64,000 bases of DNA from an uncultured Chloroflexia bacterium (GTDB lineage Bacteria > Chloroflexota > Limnocylindria > Limnocylindrales > CSP1-4), in NCBI GenBank assembly GCA_963829295.1, contig CAWHHU010000003.1, positions 360,157-424,156 of the forward strand. The letters run 5' to 3'. This document shows, one piece after another, positions 1 through 8,780 of the stretch (position 1 is the stretch's first letter; every line of letters starts with the position of its first letter). A model generated the notes under the pieces. That model ran no database searches and had not been told where the DNA came from. It saw only the letters and a list, made by a program, of their open reading frames with translations. The position numbers and the translations under genes are program-made.

Positions 1-658
1 GCGCCTGCACGGCCAGCAGATCGTCGATCGAGGCAATGCCGCCCGACGCGATGATCTGGCCCCGGTCGAGCCCGACCAGCGTCCGGAGCAGCCCGAGATC
101 GGGGCCCTCGAGCTGACCGTCCCGATCGATCGCGGTGACCTCGAACGCCGTGATCCCGGCTTCGGCCAGCATCGTCACGGCTTCGATCGCGGGCAGGCCG
201 GACGCTCCCGGTCGCCAGCCCTCGCCCAGCGCGAGACCGTCGCGCACGTCGATCGAGGCGACCACGCGATCGGGTCCGTAGTGCTCGACGATCGATGCCG
301 CGAAGTCAGGATCGTGCAGCGCGGCCGTGCCCACGGCCACCCTCGCGGCACCGGTGCCGAGCGCGCCCGCGACCGAGACCAGCGTCCGCAGCCCGCCGCC
401 CAGCTCCACGCTGGCTCGACCGTGCACCTCCGCGACCAGCGCAGCCGCGATGTCGAGCTGCCTGGGCTCCCCCACCCGGGCCCCGTCGAGATCGACCACG
501 TGCAGCCAGGTCGCGCCGAGGCCGGCAAACCGGGCGGCGACCGACACCGGTTCCGTCCCGTAGGCGGTCTCGCGCCCGAAGTCGCCCTGCCGGAGCCGCA
601 CGACCGACCCACCCCGCAGGTCGATCGCCGGCAACAGCTCGAACCCCGACACGCTCAC
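1..658 (-). CDS. hisA: HisA/PriA (ProFAR isomerase), 3' end truncated by window edge
   Basis: Minus-strand translation from GTG at 658 gives VSVSGFELLPAIDLRGGSVVRLRQGDF...WLHVVDLDGAR...GGGLR...IIASGGIASIDDL, the canonical HisA (beta/alpha)8 motifs. An in-frame stop lies at 662-664, and the ORF is open to position 1. It is not in the ORF track because it is incomplete. Confidence 0.8.
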   Translation of the reverse strand, partial: MSVSGFELLPAIDLRGGSVVRLRQGDFGRETAYGTEPVSVAARFAGLGATWLHVVDLDGARVGEPRQLDIAAALVAEVHGRASVELGGGLRTLVSVAGALGTGAARVAVGTAALHDPDFAASIVEHYGPDRVVASIDVRDGLALGEGWRPGASGLPAIEAVTMLAEAGITAFEVTAIDRDGQLEGPDLGLLRTLVGLDRGQIIASGGIASIDDLLAVQA

Positions 659-676
659 ACCTCAGTCCAGCCGTGA

Positions 677-694
677 TAGCGTATTAGTACGCTA
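677..694. promoter_or_regulatory. 18-bp palindrome TAGCGTA-TTAG-TACGCTA in an AT-richer divergent hisA/yerC-hisG intergenic region; candidate operator overlapping a GTGATA-17-TATGGT promoter-like element
   Basis: Perfect 7-bp inverted arms read directly from the sequence. It sits between divergent starts at 658 (-) and 763 (+), and local GC is much lower than the surroundings. Confidence 0.35.
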
Positions 695-762
695 CTATGG
701 TAGCATGAGCCTCGGCGGCACCGGCGAACGGCCGTCGATGGAACCTGGAGGCAGTCGAACCG

Positions 763-1095
763 GTGGCCGAGACCTGGCAGACACCCGAGACCGATGCGCT
801 GATCGGTGCCATTCTGCACCTCGACGATGCCGACGAGGCGGGTCGCTTTCTGCGCGACCTGTGCACGCTCGGCGAGCTGCATGCGCTGGCCCAGCGGTGG
901 GCCGTGGTCCGCCTCCTCGACGAAGGGCTGCACTACGCGGAGATCTCGAAGCGCACCGGGGCCAGCACGGCCACGATCACGAGGATCGCCAACTGGCTCA
1001 ACCACGGCGAGGGGGGCTACCGGCTGATGCTCGACCGGCTGCGCGACGGTGCCCGATCGGCGGCTCCGCGCAGCTACCCGACCGGCAGCGAGTGA
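763..1095 (+). CDS. YerC/YecD-family TrpR-like DNA-binding protein
   Basis: LIGAILHLDDADEAGRFLRDLCTLGELHALAQRWAVVRLLDEGLHYAEISKRTGASTATITRIANWL matches the Trp-repressor-like YerC/YecD signature (..LC T.NEL.ALAQR......L..G..Y..IS..TGASTATISR). GTG start at 763. Its stop TGA overlaps the hisG ATG (GTGATG). Confidence 0.8.
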   Translation: MAETWQTPETDALIGAILHLDDADEAGRFLRDLCTLGELHALAQRWAVVRLLDEGLHYAEISKRTGASTATITRIANWLNHGEGGYRLMLDRLRDGARSAAPRSYPTGSE

Positions 1096-1955
1096 TGCGG
1101 GAACGCCTGCGGCTCGCCGTCCCCAACAAGGGCCGCCTGGTGGAGCCGACCCTGAGCCTGCTCCACGACGCCGGCCTGGTGTTCGAAGAACACGATCGAA
1201 GCCTGGTTGCCCGGGTCCAGAACCACCCACTGGACATCCTGTTCGTGCGTACCGGTGACGTGGTCGAGTTCGTCGGCGACAACGTGGCCGATATCGGGAT
1301 CACGGGGATGGACATCCTCCAGGAGACCGGGGCCGAGCTCCCGGTGCTGCACACCCTGGGCTACGGTCACTGCCGGCTGGCCGCCGCCGTCCCCGCCGAC
1401 TCCCCCTACGAGACCATCACCGATCTGGCCGGCGTTCGGGTGGCGACCTCGCACCCCGGCGTGACCCGGCGGTTCTTCGCCAGCCAGGGGGTCGCGGTCG
1501 ACGTCGTGTCGCTGTCGGGAGCCGTCGAGGTCGCGCCACGCCTGGGCCTGGCCGACGCGATCGTCGATCTCGTGTCAACGGGCTCCACGCTGGCCATGAA
1601 CGGGCTGCGGGCGATCGGCGACATCCTCGCCTCGCAGGCCGTCCTGATCGGCAACCCGGTCGCCATCCGGCTACGCGCCGATGAGCTCGACTCGATCGTG
1701 ACCATGCTCGGCTCCGTGATCGCCGCGCGCGGCCGCAAGTACCTGATGATGAACGCCCCGGCCACGCACCTCGCCGAGCTCGAGGCGCTGCTGCCGGGCC
1801 TCGAATCGCCATCTGTGATCCCGCTGGCGCACGCCGGCATGATCGCCATCCATTCCGTGGTCGGCACCGACGAGGTGTGGGGCCTGCTGCCGCGGCTCAA
1901 GGCCGCCGGCGCCTCGGGGATCCTCGTGCTCCCGATCGAGAAGATCCTGCCGTGA
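1095..1955 (+). CDS. hisG: ATP phosphoribosyltransferase, long form with C-terminal regulatory domain
   Basis: MRERLRLAVPNKGRL...LILFVRTGDVVEFVGDNVADIGITGMD...IVDLVSTGSTL are HisG hallmarks. 286 aa. ATG at 1095 lies in the same frame as the track ORF 705..1955. Confidence 0.95.
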   Translation: MRERLRLAVPNKGRLVEPTLSLLHDAGLVFEEHDRSLVARVQNHPLDILFVRTGDVVEFVGDNVADIGITGMDILQETGAELPVLHTLGYGHCRLAAAVPADSPYETITDLAGVRVATSHPGVTRRFFASQGVAVDVVSLSGAVEVAPRLGLADAIVDLVSTGSTLAMNGLRAIGDILASQAVLIGNPVAIRLRADELDSIVTMLGSVIAARGRKYLMMNAPATHLAELEALLPGLESPSVIPLAHAGMIAIHSVVGTDEVWGLLPRLKAAGASGILVLPIEKILP

Positions 1956-3304
1956 CCACGCTCCCCACCGGGACCCCACCGGACCTCCGGTTGCGTCGCC
2001 TCGACCTGCGGTCGGATGACCCGGCGGTCATCCGTGAGCGCGACGCGCTGTTCCGCCGCGGGGCCGTCCCCGATCCCGCCATCCGCGAGGCAGCCCGCTC
2101 CATCCTGGCCGACGTGCGCGAGCGCGGCGCGGTCGCGGTGCGAGAGGCCGGCCGCCGCTTCGGCGGCGGGCGACCCGATGGGCGCCTGATCCTCGGCCGG
2201 GGGGAGCTTCGCGCCGCCCGGGATGCGCTGGGCGCCGCCGAACGGGCCGCGCTCGAGGCCGCGATCGCCAACGTTCGCCGCTTCGCCGAGGCCCAGCTGC
2301 CCCGGTCCGAGACCGTCGAGGTCATCCCCGGCGTCGCTCTCGAGCGTCGATGGCTGCCGTCGGCACGCGTGGGTGCGTACGTGCCCGGCGGATCGGCGCC
2401 CTACGCGTCGTCGCTGGTGATGACCGTCGTGCCAGCGCGCGTGGCCGGGGTCGAGAGCGTCGTGGTCGCCTCGCCGGCGGATGCGAGCGGGGCCAACGAC
2501 CCGGTCCTGCTGGGCGCTGCGGGCATCCTCGATGTCGACGCGCTCCTGGTCGCGGGCGGTGCGCAGGCCATCGGCGCGCTCGCCTACGGGCTGCCGGAGG
2601 AGGGCCTCGATCCCGTCGACCTGATCGTGGGACCGGGCAGCGCGTGGGTCACGGCGGCCAAGGTCGAGGTCGTGGGCGAGGTGGTGATCGACATGCCGGC
2701 GGGCCCGTCCGAGGGTCTGGTCCTCGCCGACGGCACGGCGTCGGTCCGGATCGTCGCCGCGGACCTCATCACCCAGGCCGAGCACGGTGTCGACTCGCCG
2801 GCGATCCTGGTCACCCCCGATGAGGCGCTCGCCGGCGCGGTCGAGGACGAGGTGCGCCGGCGGCTGGCGACCGCGTCGCGTCGCGGCATCCTCGGCCGCG
2901 CGCTCGCCGACCACGGGCTGATCGTGCTGGTGCGCGACATCGATGCCGGCATCGCGTTCGTCAACGGCTACGGACCCGAGCACCTCTCGGTCGAGGTCGA
3001 CGATCCGGAGACGGCGGTGGCGGCGATCCGCAGCGCGGGGTCGATCTTCGTCGGCCGCTGGTCGCCCGAGTCTGCGGGTGACTACGCGTCGGGCGCGAAC
3101 CACGTGTTGCCCACCGGTGGCCTGGCCCGCGGATGCGGACCGCTGGCGGTCGAGACGTTCGGCAGGTACAGCCAGGTCCAGCGGATCACGCGCGAAGGGC
3201 TGGCTGCCCTGCGACCCGCGATCCGCACCCTGGCCGAGGCGGAGGGTCTGCTCGCCCATCGCGACGCCGTCGAGATCCGGTTCGACGAGGAGGCCGGGAG
3301 ATGA
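1952..3304 (+). CDS. hisD: Histidinol dehydrogenase
   Basis: Full-length HisD similarity (…VGAYVPGGSAPYASSLVMTVVPARVAGV…ITQAEHGVDSP…GANHVLPTGG…). GTG at 1952 overlaps the hisG stop (GTGA). Confidence 0.95.
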   Translation: MTTLPTGTPPDLRLRRLDLRSDDPAVIRERDALFRRGAVPDPAIREAARSILADVRERGAVAVREAGRRFGGGRPDGRLILGRGELRAARDALGAAERAALEAAIANVRRFAEAQLPRSETVEVIPGVALERRWLPSARVGAYVPGGSAPYASSLVMTVVPARVAGVESVVVASPADASGANDPVLLGAAGILDVDALLVAGGAQAIGALAYGLPEEGLDPVDLIVGPGSAWVTAAKVEVVGEVVIDMPAGPSEGLVLADGTASVRIVAADLITQAEHGVDSPAILVTPDEALAGAVEDEVRRRLATASRRGILGRALADHGLIVLVRDIDAGIAFVNGYGPEHLSVEVDDPETAVAAIRSAGSIFVGRWSPESAGDYASGANHVLPTGGLARGCGPLAVETFGRYSQVQRITREGLAALRPAIRTLAEAEGLLAHRDAVEIRFDEEAGR

Positions 3305-4455
3305 GCCCCAGCCCCGTCACGACGACGTCGCCGACCGAGCCTGCCTCGTACAGCTGGGAGGCGACCGACGAGGCCGTCGCCGAGCGCTACGGGCTGCCGC
3401 TCGAGCGGATCATCCGGTTCGACCTCAACACCTCCCCTGCCCCGCCGCGGCTCCTCGGGGAGATGCTCGCTGCCGGCACCTTCGAAACCTCGCTGTCCGA
3501 GTACCCGCCGGGAGACTACCGGCGCTTGGTCGCGGCCGCCGCCGCGCGGTACGGCGTGAGCGAGGACGAGGTGGTGCCCGGAGCGGGTGCGGACGAGATT
3601 CTCGACATGTGCGTCAAGGCGTTCCTGCCGGCGGGGCAGAGCGCCGTCGTCCCGGTACCCAGCTATGCCATGTACCGGGTGGTGACCGAGCAGCGCGGCG
3701 GTCGCATGGTCGCCGTCCCTCGTCGCGGTCCGGGCGACGGCTTCGCGATCGATGTCGAAGCCGTCAGGGTCGCCGCCCGAGACGCGGCCATGGTCTGGCT
3801 GTGCAACCCGAACAACCCGACCGGGGCCGAGGAGCCTGCGGGCACGATCGAATCCCTCCTCCGCGCGATCGCCGCCGATTCCGCCGCCGAGGGCCGGGCG
3901 CCTGCGTGGGTCGTCGTCGACGAGGCCTACGCCGAGTTCAGCGGCCACACCTTCATCCCGCTGCGCACCCGCTATCCGAACCTTGCCATCGTGCGCACGG
4001 CGTCCAAGGCGTACGCGCTGGCCGGGCTGCGCGTCGGGTTCGCCGTGGCCGCGCCCACCACGCTGGCCCGGATCGCGCGGTACCGCCCGCCGGGCTCGGT
4101 GGGCACGATCTCAGAAACGGTGGCCACCCGCGCGCTGCGTGACGGCGAGGAGATGCGCGACAACGTCGCCAGGGTCGAACGGGAGCGCACGCGCCTCTCG
4201 AACGCTCTGGCCGCGGCCGGCTTGCGGCCCTACCCGTCGGTGACCAACTTCATCCTCGCGGATCTCGGCTCGCCCGAGCGCGCCGGGGCGACGGCCGGGG
4301 CCCTCATGCGGCGCGGGCTCGTGCCCCGGACGTTCCCCGCCGGGCACCCCCTGGCGGGTTGCCTCCGGGTCACGGTTCGTGCGGCCACCGAGAACGACCG
4401 GCTGCTGGATGCCGTTGGCGAGATCACGAACGCAGATCCGGGAGGGGCGTCATGA
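3301..4455 (+). CDS. hisC: Histidinol-phosphate aminotransferase
   Basis: Class II aminotransferase motifs (NPNNPTG, ...VVVDEAYAEF, TASKAYALAGLRVGFA with the PLP lysine). ATG at 3301 overlaps the hisD stop (ATGA). Confidence 0.9.
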   Translation: MSPSPVTTTSPTEPASYSWEATDEAVAERYGLPLERIIRFDLNTSPAPPRLLGEMLAAGTFETSLSEYPPGDYRRLVAAAAARYGVSEDEVVPGAGADEILDMCVKAFLPAGQSAVVPVPSYAMYRVVTEQRGGRMVAVPRRGPGDGFAIDVEAVRVAARDAAMVWLCNPNNPTGAEEPAGTIESLLRAIAADSAAEGRAPAWVVVDEAYAEFSGHTFIPLRTRYPNLAIVRTASKAYALAGLRVGFAVAAPTTLARIARYRPPGSVGTISETVATRALRDGEEMRDNVARVERERTRLSNALAAAGLRPYPSVTNFILADLGSPERAGATAGALMRRGLVPRTFPAGHPLAGCLRVTVRAATENDRLLDAVGEITNADPGGAS

Positions 4456-5078
4456 CCAGTCCGCTGGGCGGCATCGAGGTGATCGAGCGGTCGCCTCGTC
4501 GGGTACGGGTGGTGCGCCGTACGCGCGAGACCGACGTGACCGTGGCTCTCGACCTCGACGGCAACGGCATCGCCGACGTCACCACCGGAGTGGGGTTCTA
4601 CGACCACCTGCTCTCGTCGATGACCCACCACGGCCTGTTCGACCTCGAGATCCGGGCGACCGGCGATCTCCACGTGGACGAGCACCACAGCGTCGAGGAC
4701 GTCGCGCTCGTCACCGGGGCGGCGTTCGCGGCGGCGCTCGGCGACCGGGCCGGCATCCGGCGCTTCGGCGACAGCTCGGTGCCCATGGACGAGGCGCTGG
4801 CGACGGCCGTGATCGATGTCGGCGGCCGCCCGTATGCCGTGATCGATCTCCCGTTCCGCGCCGAGCGGGCGGGCGCGCTGCCGCTCCAGCTCGTCGAGCA
4901 TGCCCTCGAGGCGTTCGCCCGGACCGCCGGTTTCACCCTCCACTGCCGCGGGGCGGGGCGCAACGACCACCATCTCGCCGAGGCCACGTTCAAGGCCCTC
5001 GGGCGCGCCCTGCGCGAGGCCTGCGAGCTCGACCCGCGGCGGGTGGGCGTGGCCTCGACCAAGGGGACCCTGGGATGA
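4452..5078 (+). CDS. hisB: Imidazoleglycerol-phosphate dehydratase
   Basis: [16 protein letters not shown]...[13 protein letters not shown]...[15 protein letters not shown] are IGPD signature motifs. ATG at 4452 overlaps the hisC stop. Confidence 0.95.
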   Translation: MTSPLGGIEVIERSPRRVRVVRRTRETDVTVALDLDGNGIADVTTGVGFYDHLLSSMTHHGLFDLEIRATGDLHVDEHHSVEDVALVTGAAFAAALGDRAGIRRFGDSSVPMDEALATAVIDVGGRPYAVIDLPFRAERAGALPLQLVEHALEAFARTAGFTLHCRGAGRNDHHLAEATFKALGRALREACELDPRRVGVASTKGTLG

Positions 5079-5737
5079 GCGACGGTCCGCTGGCGGCCGT
5101 GGTCGACTACGGGGCCGGCAATCTCGTGTCCATCGGCCAGGCGCTCGCGACGGCGGGTGCCCGCGTCCGGCGGGTCGCGAACGGCGCGGAGATCGATGGC
5201 GCCGATCTCCTGGTGGTGCCCGGCGTCGGAGCCGCGGCACCGGCCATGGAACGTCTGGGGGCGGCGGGGCTCGTCGAGCCGATCCTGCGCTGGATCGCCG
5301 CGGACCGACCGTTCCTGGGGATCTGCCTCGGGCTCCAGCTCCTGTTCCAGGGCAGCGACGAGGACGGAGCGGCGACGCTGGGCGTGCTGGCCGGTCGGAC
5401 GGAGCGGCTCTCCGGCGCCCCGACGCTGCCGCACATCGGCTGGAACCAGGTCACCCGAACGCAGCCGCACCCGGCCTTCGACGGCATCGCCGACGGCGCG
5501 GACTTCTACTTCGTCCATTCCTACATCGGTGTCCCGAGAGACGGACACGACGAGGCGATCCTGGCCCGCACGACGCACGGATCGTCGTTCGTGTCGGCGG
5601 TCGCGCGCGGGCGGCTGCTCGGCGTCCAGTTCCATCCCGAGCGGTCCGGCGTGGACGGCCTGCGGCTGGTGGCCAACGTGGTCGGGCTGGCGGCCACCGC
5701 GCGGTTGCCGGCGACGCCCGGCGCAGGCCCCGCCTGA
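5075..5737 (+). CDS. hisH: Imidazole glycerol phosphate synthase, glutaminase subunit
   Basis: [16 protein letters not shown]...LVVPGVGA...[12 protein letters not shown]...HIGWN...FYFVHSY is a class I glutamine amidotransferase with the catalytic Cys in GICLG. ATG at 5075 overlaps the hisB stop. Confidence 0.95.
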   Translation: MSDGPLAAVVDYGAGNLVSIGQALATAGARVRRVANGAEIDGADLLVVPGVGAAAPAMERLGAAGLVEPILRWIAADRPFLGICLGLQLLFQGSDEDGAATLGVLAGRTERLSGAPTLPHIGWNQVTRTQPHPAFDGIADGADFYFVHSYIGVPRDGHDEAILARTTHGSSFVSAVARGRLLGVQFHPERSGVDGLRLVANVVGLAATARLPATPGAGPA

Positions 5738-6552
5738 TGCTCCGCCGCCGGGTCATCCCGTGCCTCGACGTCGCCCACGGCCGCGTGGTCAAGGGCACCC
5801 GGTTCGTCGACCTCGTCGATGCCGGCGACCCGCCCGAGCTCGCCGAGCGCTACGCGCGCGAGGGGGCGGACGAGCTGGTGTTCCTGGACATCACGGCCGC
5901 CCCCGAGGAGCGCGGCACCCTGCTCGAGGTCGTGGAGCGCACGGCCCGCCGAGCGTTCATCCCGCTCACCGTGGGTGGTGGCGTGCGCAGCGTTGACGAG
6001 ATGCGCGACGTGCTCCGCGCGGGAGCCGACAAGGTCAGCCTCAACACCCGCGCGGTCGCCGAGCCGGAGCTGGTTGGCCGGTGTGCGGCCCGGTTCGGCA
6101 GCCAGGCCGTGGTGGTGGCGATCGACGCGCGACGGGTGGCCGGAGCCGGCCCCGACGATCCGGGCCGGGCCGACGGCGCCTCGGGCTTCGAGGTCGTCGT
6201 GCGCGGTGGCCGGGACCCTGCCGGCCTCGACGCTGTCGCCTGGGCCGTGCGGGCGGTCGAGCTCGGGGCGGGCGAGCTGCTGGTGACCTCGATCGACCGC
6301 GACGGGACCGGGCTGGGCTTCGACACCGATCTCCTGCGCGCGATCACCGATCGGGTGGAGGTCCCGGTGATCGCCTCGGGCGGGGCCGCCGGCCCGGCCG
6401 ACTTCGTGGCCGCCATCCGGCAGGGCGGCGCCGATGCGGTGCTCGCGGCCGGCATCTTCCACCGCCGGGAGGTCTCGATCGCCGACGTCAAGGCGGGGAT
6501 GGCCGCCGCCGGGCTACCGGTGCGAGCCGTCTCACCGGAGGTCGCCGCATGA
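5737..6552 (+). CDS. hisF: Imidazole glycerol phosphate synthase, cyclase subunit
   Basis: [17 protein letters not shown]...[10 protein letters not shown]...ASGGAG are HisF motifs. ATG at 5737 overlaps the hisH TGA (TGATG). There is no hisA between hisH and hisF. Confidence 0.95.
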   Translation: MLRRRVIPCLDVAHGRVVKGTRFVDLVDAGDPPELAERYAREGADELVFLDITAAPEERGTLLEVVERTARRAFIPLTVGGGVRSVDEMRDVLRAGADKVSLNTRAVAEPELVGRCAARFGSQAVVVAIDARRVAGAGPDDPGRADGASGFEVVVRGGRDPAGLDAVAWAVRAVELGAGELLVTSIDRDGTGLGFDTDLLRAITDRVEVPVIASGGAAGPADFVAAIRQGGADAVLAAGIFHRREVSIADVKAGMAAAGLPVRAVSPEVAA

Positions 6553-7268
6553 CCGGGGCCGCTGGTCCCGTGGACCTCGATCGCGGGCTCGACCCCGCCC
6601 GCGTCGCCTGGGGCCCGTCCGGCCTTGTCGCAGGCGTGATCCAGGATGCCGGCGACGGCCGGGTGCTGATGGTCGGGTGGCTCGATGTGGAGGCGCTGGC
6701 GGCCACCCTCGCGACCGGCGAGGTGCATTTCCACTCGCGATCGCGAGGCCGCCTGTGGCGCAAGGGCGAGACCTCCGGCAACGTGCTCCGCCTGCGGTCG
6801 CTGGCGCTCGACTGCGACGGTGACGCGCTGCTGATCGGCGTCGACCCGGCTGGCCCCACCTGCCACCGCGGAACCCGCTCCTGCTTCGACGCCGTCGACA
6901 CGTCACCCGCGCTCGGCGCGACCACCAGACCCCAGGGGTTCGCCTGGCTCGAGTCCCTGTGGCTGACGATCACGGAACGCGCCGTCGAACGGCCGCCGGG
7001 CTCCTACACCGTCACCATGCTCGAGGGCGGCGTCGATCTGGTGGGGCGCAAGGTGGCCGAGGAGGCGACCGAGGTCCTGCTCGCCGCCAAGAACGACGAG
7101 GCCGCCGAGGCCGCGAGCTCGGATCGCGACCGGACCCGCGCGCTGCTGGCGAACGAGGCCGGCGATCTCGTGTACCACGCCCTGGTGCTCCTCGCCGAGC
7201 GGGGCATGGAGCCCACGGCCGTCATCGAGGTGCTGCGTGACCGCCACGGTGATGCGGGCCGCGGCTGA
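6549..7268 (+). CDS. hisIE: Bifunctional phosphoribosyl-AMP cyclohydrolase / phosphoribosyl-ATP pyrophosphatase
   Basis: The N-terminal part ...[25 protein letters not shown]...[18 protein letters not shown]...CDGDALL is HisI. The C-terminal part ...[10 protein letters not shown]...[13 protein letters not shown] is HisE. ATG at 6549 overlaps the hisF stop. Confidence 0.9.
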   Translation: MTGAAGPVDLDRGLDPARVAWGPSGLVAGVIQDAGDGRVLMVGWLDVEALAATLATGEVHFHSRSRGRLWRKGETSGNVLRLRSLALDCDGDALLIGVDPAGPTCHRGTRSCFDAVDTSPALGATTRPQGFAWLESLWLTITERAVERPPGSYTVTMLEGGVDLVGRKVAEEATEVLLAAKNDEAAEAASSDRDRTRALLANEAGDLVYHALVLLAERGMEPTAVIEVLRDRHGDAGRG

Positions 7269-7295
7269 GCGGGAGACGGGCATCGAATCGCGGCC

Positions 7296-7316
7296 ACCGG
7301 GTCGCCCCCGGGCCGA
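7296..7316. terminator. Weak hairpin (CCGGG-TCGCC-CCCGG) between convergent hisIE and tyrS
   Basis: Short GC stem read from the sequence. There is no clear U-tract, so this is a low-confidence bidirectional terminator. Confidence 0.2.
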
Positions 7317-7333
7317 ACGCGATCGCGACCTCG

Positions 7334-8650
7334 CTAGGCGCCGCGCCGGACCCGGACGATCGCCCGTTGCCGCTTGCCCACCCGCACCTCGAGCCACTGT
7401 CCGTCGATGGCTGCCGGCGGCGACGCCGCGGCATCGGTGACTCGTTCACCGTTGATCGTGATCGCGCCACCCGCGACCAGCCGCCGGGCCTCGCCGCGCG
7501 AGGGCGTGAGACCCGCCTCGGCCAGCAGCGTCACGACCCCTGCCTCGACGGCCGTGGCAACCACCTCCGGGCCCCGCGTCGCTGCGTGGATGGTCGCGAG
7601 CAGCCCGGGGTCCGTGACTGGCTCGCGGCGGAACAGCGCCTCCGAAACGCGGACGGCCTCGCTCGCCGCCGCGGCTCCGTGGACCCGCGCGGTCACGTCG
7701 AACGCCAGGCGCCGCTGCGCCTCGCGTCCCTCCGGGCGTGCGACGATCTCCGCTTCCAGTGCCTCGATCTCCTCGCGGGACCAGAGGGTGAACCAGCGCA
7801 GGTAGACGGGCACGTCGTGATCGTCCGCCTGGATCCAGTACTGGTAGAAGGCATAGGGCGTCGTCCGCTCCGCATCGAGCCAGACCGACTCGCCTTCGTC
7901 GCTCTTGCCGAACTTGGCGCCCGATGGGGCGAGCAGCAGCTTGTATGCGATCCCGTGGGCCGGGCTCTCATCGCGGTCGGCGGCATGCGTCCGGCGGATG
8001 AGCTCGAGACCGGCGGTGATGTTGCCCCACTGGTCCGCGCCGCCCATCTGCATCTCGACGCCATGCTCCCGGTAGAGGTTGGCGAAGTCGAACGCCTGGA
8101 GCGTCATGTAGCTGAACTCGGTGAACGACAGGCCGCGGTCGAGGCGCTGCTGGACCGAGTCCTTGGCCAGCATGTAGGGGACCGTGAAGTGCTTGCCGAC
8201 ATCGCGCAGATACTCGATCAGCGACAGCTCGCCGAGCCAGTCCATGTTGTTGGCCATCACCGCCTGCGAGGGCCCGGGCGAGAAGTCGAGGAAACGCTCC
8301 AGCTGCCTTCCGATCGCGGCGACATTGCGCTCGATCGTGGCCGCATCGAGCAGGTTGCGCTCGGACGACCGTCCGGAGGGATCGCCGATCATGCCCGTGC
8401 CGCCACCGACCAGTGCGATCGGCCTGCCGCCGCGTTGCTGGAGCCGGATCAGCCCGAACACCGGGACCAGGTGCCCGACGTGGAGCGAATCTGCTGACGG
8501 ATCGAAGCCGTTGTAGGCCGCGATCCTGCGTCCGGTTGCCAGCCGCTCGGCGAGCCCGGGCGTGGTGGCATGCAGGATGCCCCGCCAGTCCAGCTCCTCG
8601 AGCAGCCCGGCGAGGGCCGGCGCATCGCCCTCCGTGGCCTGCCCGCTCAT
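7334..8650 (-). CDS. tyrS: Tyrosyl-tRNA synthetase
   Basis: Class I aaRS HIGH motif (DSLHVGHLVP) and KMSKS-like KFGKS. A C-terminal S4-like domain is present. Start is M 'MSGQATEGD' at 8650 (aa 119 of the longer track ORF). It is divergent from the PBP gene. Confidence 0.9.
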   Translation of the reverse strand: MSGQATEGDAPALAGLLEELDWRGILHATTPGLAERLATGRRIAAYNGFDPSADSLHVGHLVPVFGLIRLQQRGGRPIALVGGGTGMIGDPSGRSSERNLLDAATIERNVAAIGRQLERFLDFSPGPSQAVMANNMDWLGELSLIEYLRDVGKHFTVPYMLAKDSVQQRLDRGLSFTEFSYMTLQAFDFANLYREHGVEMQMGGADQWGNITAGLELIRRTHAADRDESPAHGIAYKLLLAPSGAKFGKSDEGESVWLDAERTTPYAFYQYWIQADDHDVPVYLRWFTLWSREEIEALEAEIVARPEGREAQRRLAFDVTARVHGAAAASEAVRVSEALFRREPVTDPGLLATIHAATRGPEVVATAVEAGVVTLLAEAGLTPSRGEARRLVAGGAITINGERVTDAAASPPAAIDGQWLEVRVGKRQRAIVRVRRGA

Positions 8651-8780
8651 GGTTCCTGTCGCCATCCGAAGCGCTCCCATCGTGGTCGCAGCGTCACAGA
8701 CACGGTGCCGGGACCGTCGTGCGACCGGCCCGGCGGAGGGAACGGGCTTCCATCCCGCGCATGGTATCGTTCCGCCCGCA

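Noticed and set aside
175-676. ORFs 175..612 (-), 281..676 (+), 295..687 (+)
   Set aside because: They are in the wrong frames over hisA. The real hisA frame has clear (beta/alpha)8 motifs.
8651-8780. T-box leaders upstream of tyrS and pheS
   Set aside because: The intergenic regions are ~130 nt, too short for a T-box leader, and lack the GGGTGG...ACCGCG box. Only thrS shows one.
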